The position numbers were made by a program, and so were the translations under genes. Of a stretch of DNA of 64,000 nt, positions 37,848 to 50,200 are shown piece after piece. This stretch comes from Armatimonadota bacterium (GTDB lineage Bacteria > Armatimonadota > HRBIN16), in contig OY781964.1 in NCBI GenBank assembly GCA_963677485.1, positions 384,001 to 448,000 on the forward strand, read 5' to 3'. The notes under the pieces are model-generated. The model was not told where the DNA came from. It made no database searches and saw only the letters and a program-made list of their open reading frames with translations. Every line of letters starts with the position of its first letter. The first letter of the stretch is position 1.

Positions 37848-40800
37848 TTATGCTGACGATCCGTGGAGAGCCTGCCGTATCATTTCAGATAACCCACTCA
37901 TTGTAAACGGCTTTTGGATGAACGAAACACCATCTTCCAGCTTTCCGTGGTGGGCGATCACATCGGAAGTATACCCTGACATAAACATGCGTTTGACGCG
38001 AGGATACTGTAGCTTGATGTGCCCAGCTAGATCGCGTCCGTTCATCTCCGGCATCACGACATCCGTCAACAACAAGTCGATTTTGCCTGTGTAGGCCGCC
38101 GCTGCTTCAATGGCTTTCAGTGGGGATTGTGCCGCGACCACGGTGTATCCCAGCCGCTCAAGCATGATCCGTGTCATACGCAAAATGCTAGGCTCATCTT
38201 CCACGAGCAGGATGGTCTCATGGCCACCGATAATCTGCTCATGTTGATCACCGTTGCCAGAAACCACATCATCACCCGCATATCGTGGCAAATAGATCGT
38301 AAAAGTGGTGCCCTGCCCCAGTTTACTCTTAACCTCGATGAGCCCGCCGTTTTGTTTGACCGCACCGTATACCGTTGAAAGGCCCAGGCCAGTTCCCTCC
38401 CCCACGCCCTTTGTGGTAAAAAATGGCTCGAATACACGTTCGATTGTTGGCTTGTCCATGCCCTGACCTGTATCGGTTACCGACAACCAGACATAGTCAC
38501 CCGGTGATAAGCCTGAATGCAGCGGGCTATTGCTCTCGTCGATCGTGCTGATGCCAGTCTTGATTGTGATGGTGCCCACATCCGTGATGGCATCACGTGC
38601 ATTCACACATAGATTAGCCAGTATTTGGTCTATCTGTGACGGATCTGCTTTCACGAACCAAAGGTGAGGATATGGTAAAAACTGGAGTGTTACCGATTCG
38701 CCTACAAGCCGCTCCAGCATCTTCGACATATTCGCGATGGTCACATTGAGATCCAGCACTTTGGGTTGTATCGTCTGCTTCCGTGCGAAAGCCAGTAACT
38801 GGCGCGTTAGATCTGCAGAACGGTTAGCCGCTGACCGGATTTCGGCCAGGTCATCATATAGTGGATGGCTGGGGTATAACTGCTCAATGGCCATCTGTGT
38901 ATGACCCAATATGACCCCCAGCATGTTATTGAAGTCGTGCGCAACCCCGCCAGCCAGTCTTCCAACAGATTCCATCTTTAGAGCATGGCTTAGTTTCTCT
39001 TCTAGTTTCGTCTTTTCTTCTTCAGACTTTTTCCGTGCGGTCACATCGGAGATGAGTGATGCAAACTGGCCGACTGCAGGCTGGAATGCGGTCACCTCAA
39101 AATACTTATCAAGAGCCGCTGAGTAGTTTTCAAATGTGATTGGTTCGCCTGTTAAAGCTACCTGTCCGTATGTATCTATCCAGTATTGTTCCACAGTGGG
39201 TACCACATCCAGCACGGTCCTGCCGATGATTTGACCAGCGTTAAAGCCTGTTAAGCGTTCGTATGCTGGATTGACTGCGATGAAGCGGTAGTCGACAGGC
39301 TTTCCAGATTCATTACAGATGATCTCGTGCAGTGCCAAACCTGTCTGCATCTGCTGGAACAACGTCTTGTAGTCTTCTTCTGCCCGTCGTTGAGCAGTAA
39401 TGTCGCGGTTTAGTGACAGCACCGACCGGACCTGGCCTTCTGCATCAAACTCTGGCACCAGTCTGCAATTATAAACATGAGTGCTATTGTGATTCTCAAA
39501 CACGAACTCTGTCTCAAATGGGGAGCCATTTACAAAAACGCGATCAATAGCGCTTTCCCAGAACGAACACTGTTCAGCTAGAAACCCCATTTCTCTGGGT
39601 GTTTTACCAATGAAAGCCGATACAGGCAGATGAACTGAGGTCGTGATATTGTTTGATATATATAGGTGTCGGCATTGTCTGTCAAACCTGATAACAATAT
39701 CGGGTAAACCCTCGACTAATACCCTGTGTGAAGCTTCACTTTCACGCAAGGCCTCTTCCACTCGCTTTCGTTCCGATATATCACGTATTGTGACCAACAC
39801 ACGAGCCTGTCCGCCTATCTCGGAACTTCGAATGGTGATATCGGACCAGAAAAGCTCGCCGGATTTCTTCCGTGACAGCCACTCAAAGGATGGTGTTTTA
39901 CCCGACAGCGCCTGTTGTATATACGGCGTGACATCAGCTTGTGTATAATTCGGAGTTCCTGCACTCAATGAGCCGCTCTCAAGAGAACAAGCCTCAGCCT
40001 TCGATGCATACCCAAACAACTCCAGCATCGGTTGATTCACATCAACAATCGCCCAGGTCTCAGCATCACGGATTAGTATCGCATCGGCGGTGGCGTTAAA
40101 TATCTCACGGTATTTACGTTCACTCTCCTGCAGGGCATCTTCTACCCTCTTCTGCTCGGTGATATCCTGGGCATAGCCCGACAGCGAGACCACCGCGCCG
40201 TTCTCGTCTTTGACACACTCTCCGCCTTCCGCCCGAATCACATGCACCGAATGATCAGGCCAGATCACACGGAAGATTGCGGGTGCTGTCAAACCTGTCG
40301 CAATGACCGCCTCGTTCGCACTTGCCACGATGTTGCGATCGTCAGGATGTACCGACCGGTTAATCACATCAGCTAGATCACCCGAAAAACTCTCTTTGCT
40401 CAGCCCATGCACATGATACATACCTTCAGACCAATCCAGCTTGTTCGTCTTTGGATACCATGTCCAGCTACCCATCTTGGCGACCTTCTGAGCTTGATTC
40501 AAGTTCGCTTCAGATCGGACTAAAGCAGATTCAGCCCTGTTACGAGCTGTTAAATCAAGACCATAGGCATAGTTGATGTCACCCAGTGTGATGTATCCCC
40601 ACAAGACATCACGGGTGGTGCCGTCCCTGCAGGTCACCACCGCCTTCATAGGTTCTATCGGCTGCTGGGTGTTGATCGCCTTTTCTACACGCCTGTTCCA
40701 CTCATCGGCCATAGACTGCCGGTAATCAGGGTCCGGGTAAGCCAGCGGCCACCACTCCGCGGTTGACGGGATGTCTTCTTGTGTGTATCCAAACATAGCC

Positions 40801-41966
40801 ACCATTGTCGGGTTGACATACTGGGTCACCTGCTCCAAACCAGTTGTGACATAGATTGCTAGGGGTACGGTGTCAACCACGGCTCGAAGTTGCTTTTCGC
40901 TCCGTTTCAATGCCTCGTCTTGAAGCTTATGGGCAGTGATATCCTGCACAGTACCCATTAAACGAACCGGGCGACCCTGCTCATCTTTTTCCGTGCGTCC
41001 GATTTCGTTCACCCAGATAACGCGACCATCAGCCAACAATACACGGTGTTCGATCTCATAGTGGCTTTGGTTCTCAAGTGATTGTCGATACACAGTGTCC
41101 ACACTACTTCTGTCATCTGGGTGTACGAGCTGCAAAAATTGATCATATGTAGCAGTAAAACTCGCAGGGTCCTTTTCCAATATTGCGTATATGCCTGGTG
41201 ACCATGTAAGCTCACCGGATGGTATGTCCAACTCCCAGCGGCCCATGCGTGCGGTATCTTGCGCGTCTTGCAGTTTCGCTTCGCTTTCAATCAACTGACG
41301 CGTCACATCACGCTGTTCAGCGAGTGCCTGCATCAGATGCACTTTGTGATAGCTGATTGAGGCAATGAAGTCGGCGAGCAAAGCGTAGAATGACATTGCC
41401 GCTTCCATTGTTTCATGGCTCCAACGCGGTACACGCTCTAGCGCGGCAAGGTATTCCTGCTCATCAAACCCGTATTTTTTTGCCTGCTGTCGGAACAGAT
41501 TATAATCCAACTCTTCATTTTCAAAGAAGAACTGACTAATGAACACATTGCCGATATGCCTGCCATCAGCCACAATGGGCGTCATCATATCCCACATGTT
41601 GTTTTCGCATCGGTACGATTTGAACTCACCCACACGAACGCCTGAAGATAAGTTGACATCGCTGGTCAGGCAGTGACAGCTCGTCTCAGGGCAGACTCTG
41701 TGGAATTTGGTGCAGATGTCCTGCCAGCCCACTTTCACTAGCACATTGCCATCAATGTCCAGTATGCCAATGCCGATATGGGTAAGACGATAGAACTGTT
41801 CCATCATCATCTGGAGGGCTGAGCAATCCACGATGTCGCTTAGGCCAAGTATCTTCTCGCCTATCTGGAGGGTATTCAACAAACTAGAGGCGTGTGGAAG
41901 TGCCGACCCATCAGTGTTAATGTTCGGGTCGGAGTCCGATAGCTCATGGTCGTCATTTATAGCCAT
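37848..41966 (-). CDS. Cytoplasmic hybrid histidine kinase: PocR, multiple PAS, HisKA, HATPase, REC
   Basis: PocR (GWQDICTKFHR...YRC.N.MWD..TPI), about six PAS/PAC units, GGVAHDFNN, NARDA, FFTTK..G.GTGLGL, receiver TDVVMP; ATG 41966 behind GGAGG. Confidence 0.93.
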   Translation of the reverse strand: MAINDDHELSDSDPNINTDGSALPHASSLLNTLQIGEKILGLSDIVDCSALQMMMEQFYRLTHIGIGILDIDGNVLVKVGWQDICTKFHRVCPETSCHCLTSDVNLSSGVRVGEFKSYRCENNMWDMMTPIVADGRHIGNVFISQFFFENEELDYNLFRQQAKKYGFDEQEYLAALERVPRWSHETMEAAMSFYALLADFIASISYHKVHLMQALAEQRDVTRQLIESEAKLQDAQDTARMGRWELDIPSGELTWSPGIYAILEKDPASFTATYDQFLQLVHPDDRSSVDTVYRQSLENQSHYEIEHRVLLADGRVIWVNEIGRTEKDEQGRPVRLMGTVQDITAHKLQDEALKRSEKQLRAVVDTVPLAIYVTTGLEQVTQYVNPTMVAMFGYTQEDIPSTAEWWPLAYPDPDYRQSMADEWNRRVEKAINTQQPIEPMKAVVTCRDGTTRDVLWGYITLGDINYAYGLDLTARNRAESALVRSEANLNQAQKVAKMGSWTWYPKTNKLDWSEGMYHVHGLSKESFSGDLADVINRSVHPDDRNIVASANEAVIATGLTAPAIFRVIWPDHSVHVIRAEGGECVKDENGAVVSLSGYAQDITEQKRVEDALQESERKYREIFNATADAILIRDAETWAIVDVNQPMLELFGYASKAEACSLESGSLSAGTPNYTQADVTPYIQQALSGKTPSFEWLSRKKSGELFWSDITIRSSEIGGQARVLVTIRDISERKRVEEALRESEASHRVLVEGLPDIVIRFDRQCRHLYISNNITTSVHLPVSAFIGKTPREMGFLAEQCSFWESAIDRVFVNGSPFETEFVFENHNSTHVYNCRLVPEFDAEGQVRSVLSLNRDITAQRRAEEDYKTLFQQMQTGLALHEIICNESGKPVDYRFIAVNPAYERLTGFNAGQIIGRTVLDVVPTVEQYWIDTYGQVALTGEPITFENYSAALDKYFEVTAFQPAVGQFASLISDVTARKKSEEEKTKLEEKLSHALKMESVGRLAGGVAHDFNNMLGVILGHTQMAIEQLYPSHPLYDDLAEIRSAANRSADLTRQLLAFARKQTIQPKVLDLNVTIANMSKMLERLVGESVTLQFLPYPHLWFVKADPSQIDQILANLCVNARDAITDVGTITIKTGISTIDESNSPLHSGLSPGDYVWLSVTDTGQGMDKPTIERVFEPFFTTKGVGEGTGLGLSTVYGAVKQNGGLIEVKSKLGQGTTFTIYLPRYAGDDVVSGNGDQHEQIIGGHETILLVEDEPSILRMTRIMLERLGYTVVAAQSPLKAIEAAAAYTGKIDLLLTDVVMPEMNGRDLAGHIKLQYPRVKRMFMSGYTSDVIAHHGKLEDGVSFIQKPFTMSGLSEMIRQALHGSSA

Positions 41967-42152
41967 ACGATCCTCCATCTGTCTAATATCGGTATGTATA
42001 AGTTCATGAACCTTGACCCGTGTCAAATAAGCTCGCTATTGTACACACTTTACCCTGTATGGATGCCTTTGTATACATCACACCGAAAATCAGCCGGTGA
42101 TCACCTGTATCATGACTAAAATCTATCTACCAATCGGTGATGGACTGCTTGT

Positions 42153-45100
42153 CTAGTGAGCAGGGGCAGCAAGCACTTCACGAACTTTCAATGCCAGATC
42201 ATTGGCTAGGAACGGCTTCGACAGGAAGTGAACCTGGTCCATATCCATGCCATGGTGTGCGATCACATCAGCCGGATAACCTGACATGAACAACAGCTTG
42301 AGGTCGGGGTATAGCTGTTTCAGGTGTTGTGCCATCTGCCAGCCATTCATTTCAGGCATCACCACGTCAGATATAAGCACCTGTATGGATCCCTCATGTT
42401 GTTTTGCCTGCTTGATAGCAGCAAGAGGTGAATGGGCTGCGATCACGGTATAACCCATCCGTTCAAGCAGCGACTTAGTCATCTTCAGAATAGCAGTTTC
42501 GTCCTCAACCAGCAGAATGGTTTCCTGCCCTGTGGTATCCGGAATGGATTGAGCCGGCGCGTGGTTCGGCTGTATCTCTCCCAGATAGCGAGGGAGATAG
42601 ATCGTGATACTGGTGCCGCGCCCAGCCTCGCTATTTACCTCAAGGAACCCATGATTCTGCTTGACGGAGCCATATACTGTTGCCAGACCCAGCCCAGTAC
42701 CTTCACCCACCTCCTTTGTGGTAAAGAATGGCTCAAACATCAAGGCCTGCGTCGACTTGTCCATGCCACGACCATCATCACTGATGGATAATGCAACATA
42801 CTCACCGGGATGTAAATCGGGTTGATGTAAACAATAATCGTCGTCTATCACCGCATTTCGCGTCTTAATAGTGATCTGCCCCGTGTCATCAATGGCATCT
42901 CTGGCATTGATACATAGATTGATGATCATCTGGTCAACATGCGAGGAATCTGCTTTCACAAGCCAGATATCGGGCTGCGGTTGCCAGTTAAGTGACGTGT
43001 TTTCGCCGATCAACCTGCCAAGCATCTTCATCAGGTGCTCAACGGTGTCATTCAAACTGATGACCTTGGCCATGACGGTCTGCTTACGTGCAAACGCCAG
43101 CAACTGTCTGGTGAGGTCAGCGGAACGCTCGGCCGCGGCATTTATCTCGGTTATGTCATCATGCAGGGGATGTTCTGGATTCAATTGCGCCAAAACAATC
43201 TGCGCGTGACCAATAATCACACTCAGCATATTATTGAAGTCATGGGCAACACCGCCAGCAAGCCGTCCAACAGATTCTAGCTTCAGTGCTTGCTGAAGTT
43301 GCTCCTTGAGCCGGTCTTTTTCTTCTTCCGCCTGTGCCAGCTCTGTGATGTCCAACATGCATAGTAATGCCTGAACTTGAATACCGGATTGTATCAGGGC
43401 CGTCGCGGCCAACAGAACCACATTTCTATCTTGGTCACCATGACGCAACGTGGTTCGGTGTTCGATGTTTTTATGGCTTCTACCCGTTTCCAGCGTGTCA
43501 TCAATCGCCTTGCGTAATGCACAACTTGCGCAGGATGGCCCGTATCCGCAGCCGCGCGGGTCATCTTTGGCATTGACACACCCAAACACGCCGCATGCTC
43601 GCCCGCCAAAGAGTTCCTTCTCAGTGAGGTTCAGAAACGAGTGAAATTCGGCATTGGCATACTGAATACAACTGTTCGCATCAAGCACACACATCATCAC
43701 CGGTGCATTGTCGTATATCGCACGTATCTCAGCTCTGCTATGAGTTAATATTTCCTCTGCTAATTTCCGCTCTGTGATGTCCTGTATGGTGCCAATCAGC
43801 CTGATGGGGTTACCCTCATCATCATAGTCAAACTGGCCTATTGCCCAAACCCAGCGCACCTGTCCATCACTTGGCCTTATGACTTTATAGTCCATGTCAA
43901 AGCGTGACCGATCTTTGATGGCTTGATGATAACAGTCAAGCGATTTTTGGCGGTATTCTGGTACGATTAGCGTTCCCCAATGGTCGACATCCCTGATAAA
44001 CTCATCATCAATGCCAAATATCTGATCAAGCACGGAGGAACTCCTCCAAGCGCCTGTCTTGATATCTGTAACGAAATACCCCAGACGTGCGACCTCCTGA
44101 GCCTGATTCAAGATGCGTTCAGATTCGCGCAGTGCCTGTTCTGCCTTCACTAGATTCGATACGTCGACACCCACACCAATCAGGTAACGCTCGTTATTAC
44201 GTATAAGTTCCGCACCATTCAGTAAAAATGGGATACGGCGGCCATCCTTTGTCACCAGTTCGGATGTAATGGTGGCTAGTCCTGTATTTTCCGATTCGGC
44301 AAGGGTTGTTTTCAATGCATCATGATTTTCCGATGCATGGAAGTCGAACACCGATCGCCCCAACATTTCGCCATGCTCATATCCAAAAATCACTTCGTGT
44401 TGCCGGTTCCACATCACCAGCTTCATATCAGGAAATGAATAGAGGTAGAAGATGCCCGGAATGCTGTTCATGACCGCATGAATGAACGACTGCTCCTGCA
44501 GCAGCTCCTTTTCGGTTGCTATTCGAACAACCGCCTCACGCCGCAGTTGCCTGTTAATGCGATGGATATAGGCGGTCACCGAAGTAATCAGCGCCAGCAC
44601 AAATCCGATGCTTATCAGCATGACATACAAACGGTGCAGGTTAACTGGTTGTGGGTTTGGGTTGTAAAGGAAACCGGTTAAGTCAACATCGCGTTTCATC
44701 ATACCAATATCCGCGTATGTATCGGCGATATGCTTCCATCGGCCGGGGTACATATAGCCAATCTCTACCAAATCAGTAGACATAAGCGAATCCATCTGGC
44801 GGGCTTCAAACCAGTAATAATCCCGGCTGTGGTGTTTGGAGTATTTCGATAGAATGAGATCCGCGATCTCCTTTTTATGCATCATGGCATACTGCCAGCC
44901 CTTGAGGCTGGCTGAACGGAAAGACTTCACCCGTGCGGGATGATCTTTCAACTCAGCTTCGGTGGTAAACAAGTTATCACCATAGAAATCTATGCCGGCC
45001 GACCTGGGTGTGTATATCTGGTAAGGAACATGGGCACGGTTCAGGTAGTATGGCTGGTTAGTGACGTAGCCCGCAATAGCAAACACATTACCGTCAATCA

Positions 45101-45668
45101 GATCTTTTGGATCGTAGCTGTGCTCCACTCGATGTATCCGGTCAACAGGAATGCCTTCAGCCTTCAAATAGGCGATCAGCTCATCGGATTGAGGTTCCAG
45201 CATCACCCGCCTGCCAACGATGTTGTGCAGACCCTGCGTAGCGGATTCTTGGCGGGCTATCAACACATATGGAGAGTGTTGGAAAATAACCGCCAACGCC
45301 ACTACCGGTTTGCCCGCTTGGCGTGCCAGTATCAGGCTGCTGGTGCCAACGCCATACTGAGCTTTCCCGCTTAATACATTCTGAAGTGGGTCCGTGCCGG
45401 GGGTGGCCTCCAGGATTTTGACATCAAGACCAGCTTGGCGGTAATAACCCTTCTCCGCAGCCGCATAGTACCCAGCGAACTGGAAGGCGTGCGTCCACTT
45501 CAATTGAAGGGTCACACACTGTAGAACTTGATCATCGGAGCGGACCAATGTAGAACAGGTCACCAACAAGGATACAAGCAGTGTTGCGAGTGTCGAGTAT
45601 ATGCGCAGTTTATGTCTCATAGTAGATGAAACCAGGCTGCGGCTGAATTTCTGCTGCGAGATCGACAT
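42153..45668 (-). CDS. Membrane hybrid histidine kinase with NMT1/THI5-like periplasmic binding domain, PAS and REC
   Basis: LQLKW.H.FQFAGYYAA..KGYY, DFYGD.LF, SLKGW.YA; TM helix; PAS; AHDFNN; receiver SDVVMP. Confidence 0.93.
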   Translation of the reverse strand: MSISQQKFSRSLVSSTMRHKLRIYSTLATLLVSLLVTCSTLVRSDDQVLQCVTLQLKWTHAFQFAGYYAAAEKGYYRQAGLDVKILEATPGTDPLQNVLSGKAQYGVGTSSLILARQAGKPVVALAVIFQHSPYVLIARQESATQGLHNIVGRRVMLEPQSDELIAYLKAEGIPVDRIHRVEHSYDPKDLIDGNVFAIAGYVTNQPYYLNRAHVPYQIYTPRSAGIDFYGDNLFTTEAELKDHPARVKSFRSASLKGWQYAMMHKKEIADLILSKYSKHHSRDYYWFEARQMDSLMSTDLVEIGYMYPGRWKHIADTYADIGMMKRDVDLTGFLYNPNPQPVNLHRLYVMLISIGFVLALITSVTAYIHRINRQLRREAVVRIATEKELLQEQSFIHAVMNSIPGIFYLYSFPDMKLVMWNRQHEVIFGYEHGEMLGRSVFDFHASENHDALKTTLAESENTGLATITSELVTKDGRRIPFLLNGAELIRNNERYLIGVGVDVSNLVKAEQALRESERILNQAQEVARLGYFVTDIKTGAWRSSSVLDQIFGIDDEFIRDVDHWGTLIVPEYRQKSLDCYHQAIKDRSRFDMDYKVIRPSDGQVRWVWAIGQFDYDDEGNPIRLIGTIQDITERKLAEEILTHSRAEIRAIYDNAPVMMCVLDANSCIQYANAEFHSFLNLTEKELFGGRACGVFGCVNAKDDPRGCGYGPSCASCALRKAIDDTLETGRSHKNIEHRTTLRHGDQDRNVVLLAATALIQSGIQVQALLCMLDITELAQAEEEKDRLKEQLQQALKLESVGRLAGGVAHDFNNMLSVIIGHAQIVLAQLNPEHPLHDDITEINAAAERSADLTRQLLAFARKQTVMAKVISLNDTVEHLMKMLGRLIGENTSLNWQPQPDIWLVKADSSHVDQMIINLCINARDAIDDTGQITIKTRNAVIDDDYCLHQPDLHPGEYVALSISDDGRGMDKSTQALMFEPFFTTKEVGEGTGLGLATVYGSVKQNHGFLEVNSEAGRGTSITIYLPRYLGEIQPNHAPAQSIPDTTGQETILLVEDETAILKMTKSLLERMGYTVIAAHSPLAAIKQAKQHEGSIQVLISDVVMPEMNGWQMAQHLKQLYPDLKLLFMSGYPADVIAHHGMDMDQVHFLSKPFLANDLALKVREVLAAPAH

Positions 45669-46109
45669 AACGTATACACCTGCTTACTGAATGAGAGATA
45701 CGAATAGGGACAGCCACATCAGGCTGTCTTCCCATGTGATCATATCATCGCCTGTCACTGACTTTCGGTCGACATACATATCTATAAACAACATCCACCA
45801 GACGGCAAACAGCTTCGTTATTGTTGATCTGTCACAACCCTCTTGATTCTATGTTACCCGCTGACGCGTGCTATTTAGCATCCATGGCGCGACAGCATGA
45901 CCGAATTTACGCACAATCTGAGAGCTAATGAGCCATCTGCCGTTTCCATCACTTGAGCCTCATAAGCGAACCAAAATGATCGTAACCAGGCAAACATTCA
46001 AGCCGTTTGGGTAACATGATAGAAAGAGGCTGAGTTGGGCGAACATAGGAACGGTGAAACCCCAACGGCTGTGAGCCCCGCTGACCTCACGAGCTTTACA
46101 GGAGACGCT

Positions 46110-47141
46110 ATGCAACAACTCGCCCATACCGGTATCCGATCGGTCAGTATCCAAACGCCGGAGATGCCCAGGCTGGCCGATCATCAAGCCATCATACGCA
46201 TCCTGCAGGTAGGCATCTGTGGTTCAGAGCTGCACCTCTATCGCCATGGCGACATCGGCGGACGGTCCAGTCAGCAGCCCTTCGTAAGCGGTCATGAGTG
46301 TGTAGGCTTGGTAGATCAAGTTGATGCAGAGTATGCCCATCTGTTGGGTCAGCGTGTGATAGTCGATCCAGCCATACCCTGTATGAAGTGCCCGGTCTGC
46401 CTGCAGGGTAACTATAACCTGTGCCCTGATATTAAGTTCCTTGGACTGCCTCCTACCCCAGGAGCCTTTTCAGAGTATTTATCCCATCCTGCCTCCCTTC
46501 TTACCGTGGCGCCCGATAGCTTGAGTGACGATGAAGCTGTGCTGTGTGAGCCGTTCGCCATCGCCCTTCACGCCGTGGAACTGGCGAAGCCTCGGCCGGC
46601 CCAAACCGCTGTGATACTGGGCAGCGGTACCATGGGCCTCTGTGTGCTGATCATCCTGCAGCATATGGGCGTCCAAACTGCATTATGTACGGATTTAGTA
46701 GATGACCGGCTGAAAATGGCAGAATCGATTGGTGCAGAGCTATGTGCTAATCCTAAATGCGATGATGTGGAGCAGACCGCACGCGAACAAACAGACGCGC
46801 GTGGATACGATATGGTGTTTGAATGTGCAGGTAGCGCTCAGACATACTGGCAGTCTGCCCGCATCTGCACCCCTGGCGGGCGCGTGATCGTTGTAGGGAG
46901 CTCAGCCGACGGGAAGATGACCTTTGACAACAACGTCGCGAGGCGATCGGGGTTGGATATACGAATGGTCAGGAGGAGTCGTCACACCCTGCAAAGGGCG
47001 ATGATGGTAGCTCAGACCAAAGGATGTGCATTGAAACAGCTCGCCACCCACCATTTCGCCATCGAGGAGGCCGACAGGGCATTCAAGCTGGCAGACGAGA
47101 TGCGCGATGGAGTGATCCGAGCCATGGTTCGATTAGCATAG
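46110..47141 (+). CDS. Zinc-dependent (sorbitol/threonine-type) dehydrogenase
   Basis: GICGSE, GHE, C..C..C.......C structural Zn site, GSGTMG; ATG 46110 behind GGAG. Confidence 0.9.
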   Translation: MQQLAHTGIRSVSIQTPEMPRLADHQAIIRILQVGICGSELHLYRHGDIGGRSSQQPFVSGHECVGLVDQVDAEYAHLLGQRVIVDPAIPCMKCPVCLQGNYNLCPDIKFLGLPPTPGAFSEYLSHPASLLTVAPDSLSDDEAVLCEPFAIALHAVELAKPRPAQTAVILGSGTMGLCVLIILQHMGVQTALCTDLVDDRLKMAESIGAELCANPKCDDVEQTAREQTDARGYDMVFECAGSAQTYWQSARICTPGGRVIVVGSSADGKMTFDNNVARRSGLDIRMVRRSRHTLQRAMMVAQTKGCALKQLATHHFAIEEADRAFKLADEMRDGVIRAMVRLA

Positions 47142-47274
47142 CGGTTTTATACCCAATCACGTATAATGTCTCATATATGTTCTGTGAAACAAGACACAGT
47201 ATTTTATTGGCTTGCTGCAGTACATCGCTCAGATAATCTATGTTGGGTGCTAACAGGCACTCTGAGGTGGGTAC

Positions 47275-50200
47275 GTGGGTAAACACAACGGACTAAAGTT
47301 TCCTGTTTGGTTATCATGGACATCGATTATCTCGGCTATACTTGTCATCGCCGCCGGATCATTTCATATCACTTTAACCCTAAAGTATCGTCAAAGCATG
47401 GTGCCTGATCTTTTCGCTATTGCTGGTCTATTGCTGGTCATCTTATCCCTAACCCTCGCACGCTGGCATATCATTAAAAGCGCTCATTATAAACAGGCAT
47501 ATGAAACCGCGCTTCAAAAACAAACTCTGACACAGCACTATCAATCACTCATCCAAAATGCTGGTGACATCATCCTTCTAACTAACACAGATATGCGCAT
47601 AATAGATGCTAATGAGCTGGCTGAGCAAACCTACGGATATTCCCGCGACCAGTTACTGCGCATGAGAATATATGATCTAGTCTCTGGTGACCAGAAAGAT
47701 GCTAGTTATGCTAGAGCGGAGCGACTGAAAGAGGAAGACATCCTGGCCTTTGACAGCCAGCATCGGAAGCAAAATGGGGAGTTAATTTATGTTGAAGGCC
47801 GTGCACGCAAAATCGACGCGGCGGGAAAACCATATATCCAGCTCATCATGCGTGATACCACCCAGAGGATACAAGAGCTAATTCGGCTTAAACGCAATGA
47901 GGCGTTACTTACTGAACTTTTGAATCATCTGTCCGGAATGACATATTTTGTCAACCAGCAAGGCGAGTTTGTATATATGAACCAGACACTAGCTGAGTTC
48001 CTGGGTGTCGACAGCACCAACCGAGAGAGCTGGAGCAATATCGACCACCCACTGCTCCCTCTGCTGCAATGTGACGAAAGGCAGAAGCAAGAACTCGCTC
48101 GTTATCAGAACACCTCCTCCGAAATTCAGTTAGCAGATGGAAATCATCTCAAGCACTACCTTCTCCGGCAGTTTGTTGTTCCGCAGCTTGATGGGCCTGA
48201 CTGGCTGGGTGGTATCGTGCTAGATATTACCCAGAGGAAACAGTCTGAGCTCCAGCTGCAGCGGATGAACCTGATTTATGCCACACTAAGCCAGATCAAT
48301 GAGGCTATTTCAAAGGTGACAGACACCACAGGATTGTACCAAACGGTGTGCGATGTGGCTGCTGAGTATGGAAAATCAAGTCTTGCCTGGATTGGTTCAT
48401 ATGATGATCAATTATCTGCTTTGACTCCACTGGCATGGTCAGGTCGCCCACATGAATACGTCAATATCGTCACCGCACGCGCATCTGGATTAATGCGTAA
48501 TATCGACCCTGTTTTTTCTGCCGTCGACTCGAAAAAAGCAGTTTGCGCTAACAACATAGCTTCAGGTGCATACAGCCCTGGCGAAACGCTTCTTCACTCA
48601 CAGGATATCCATAGTGCCGCCGCCGTACCGATACTGGATGGAAACAACGTGATAGGTGTGCTGGCACTCTACCAGCGAGAGCCAGATTTTTTCGGCGAGC
48701 AGGAGCTTCATCTGCTTGATAAAATCGGCATCAATATCTCATTTGGACTAGACAGCATCGGAAAGAAGCAGCAACAGCATCAGCTTGAGGAGATTGTGGT
48801 CAACTCCCCTGCTGTCGCGTTCCGATGGATGAATGTAAAAGGGTGGCCTGTTACCTACGTTTCAGACAATGTCACGCAGCTAGGTATCGATGTTGCATAT
48901 TTCATCGAAGAAGGATACCCGTATTCAAGTATCATACATCCCGATGACCTGCATGACGTAGAGGATGCATTCGCAAACTACCTTGATGATCACAAGGGTA
49001 TATACCTCAACAACTACAGAATAGTTGACCAAGCAGGTGTCACAAGGTGGGTAGAAGAGCGAAGCTGGATTGTTGAGGACGCATCCATCAACAACCAATA
49101 CATCATGGGTATTGTGATGGACATCACCCAGCAGAAGCTGATTGAACAAAGTCAGGCAGAAAGTGAGCAGCGTTATTATGCGGTTTTTAACAACCTGCAC
49201 ACAGTGATGCTAGTGGTGGATCCAAGCACAGGTTATATCATCGATGCTAATCCTGCAGCAGTGGATTACTACGGTTGGCCGAAAGAGCAGATGCTTTTGA
49301 TGAATATGTCAAGTATCAACACCCTGCCCGCAGGTCAACAAGCTGATGCCATGGCAAATGCAGTAAAGCAGACACAAAATCATTTTCAATTCATGCATCG
49401 GCGGGCTAATGGCAAAACAAGTGATGTCGAAGTTTACAGCACCCCAATCATTGTTCAAGGTCAAACGCTTCTATATTCCATCATTCGTGATGTCACCGAT
49501 AGAGTGACTGCCGAAGAAATGAAGCAAAGAGAAGAACAACGGCAGATTCAAACCTCAAAAATGGAGACCATTGGGCAGCTTTCAAGCGGCATCGCTCACG
49601 ACTTCAACAACTTATTGACCGTGATCACAGGATTTATCGACATCATGATGGCGGAATCCGACGTAAACAGCCCACTCTACTCTGAGATGACTGAGGTCAA
49701 GAGTGCCAGCGATAAGGCGGCATCACTGACGAAGCAGCTTTTGGCGTTCAGCCGCAAGCAGACCCTCGAAAAGAAGCCGGTAAATGTCAATAATCTCATC
49801 ACTTCCAACAAAAAAATGATCAGCCGTTTAATCGGGGAAGACATAATGGTTGATATGACACTTGCACCTGGTGTTCTGATGGCCTCTGTGGATGAAGGGC
49901 AGTTGGATCAAGTGATTCTCAATCTGGCCACTAACGCGCGTGATGCCATGCCTAACGGAGGGAAGCTGCGTATTGTGACGGATGTCATCACCATCACCAA
50001 GGATGATATCTCATTTGGAACCGAGGCTATGGAGGGACGATACATTAAGATCACAGTGGCCGACACTGGTACCGGCATGGATGAAGCGACCTGTTCACGC
50101 ATCTTTGAGCCTTTCTTCACAACGAAAGACGAAGGAAAAGGGACTGGTTTGGGGCTGGCCACCTGTTACGGCATCATGAAGCAACATGAAGGCTGGATTT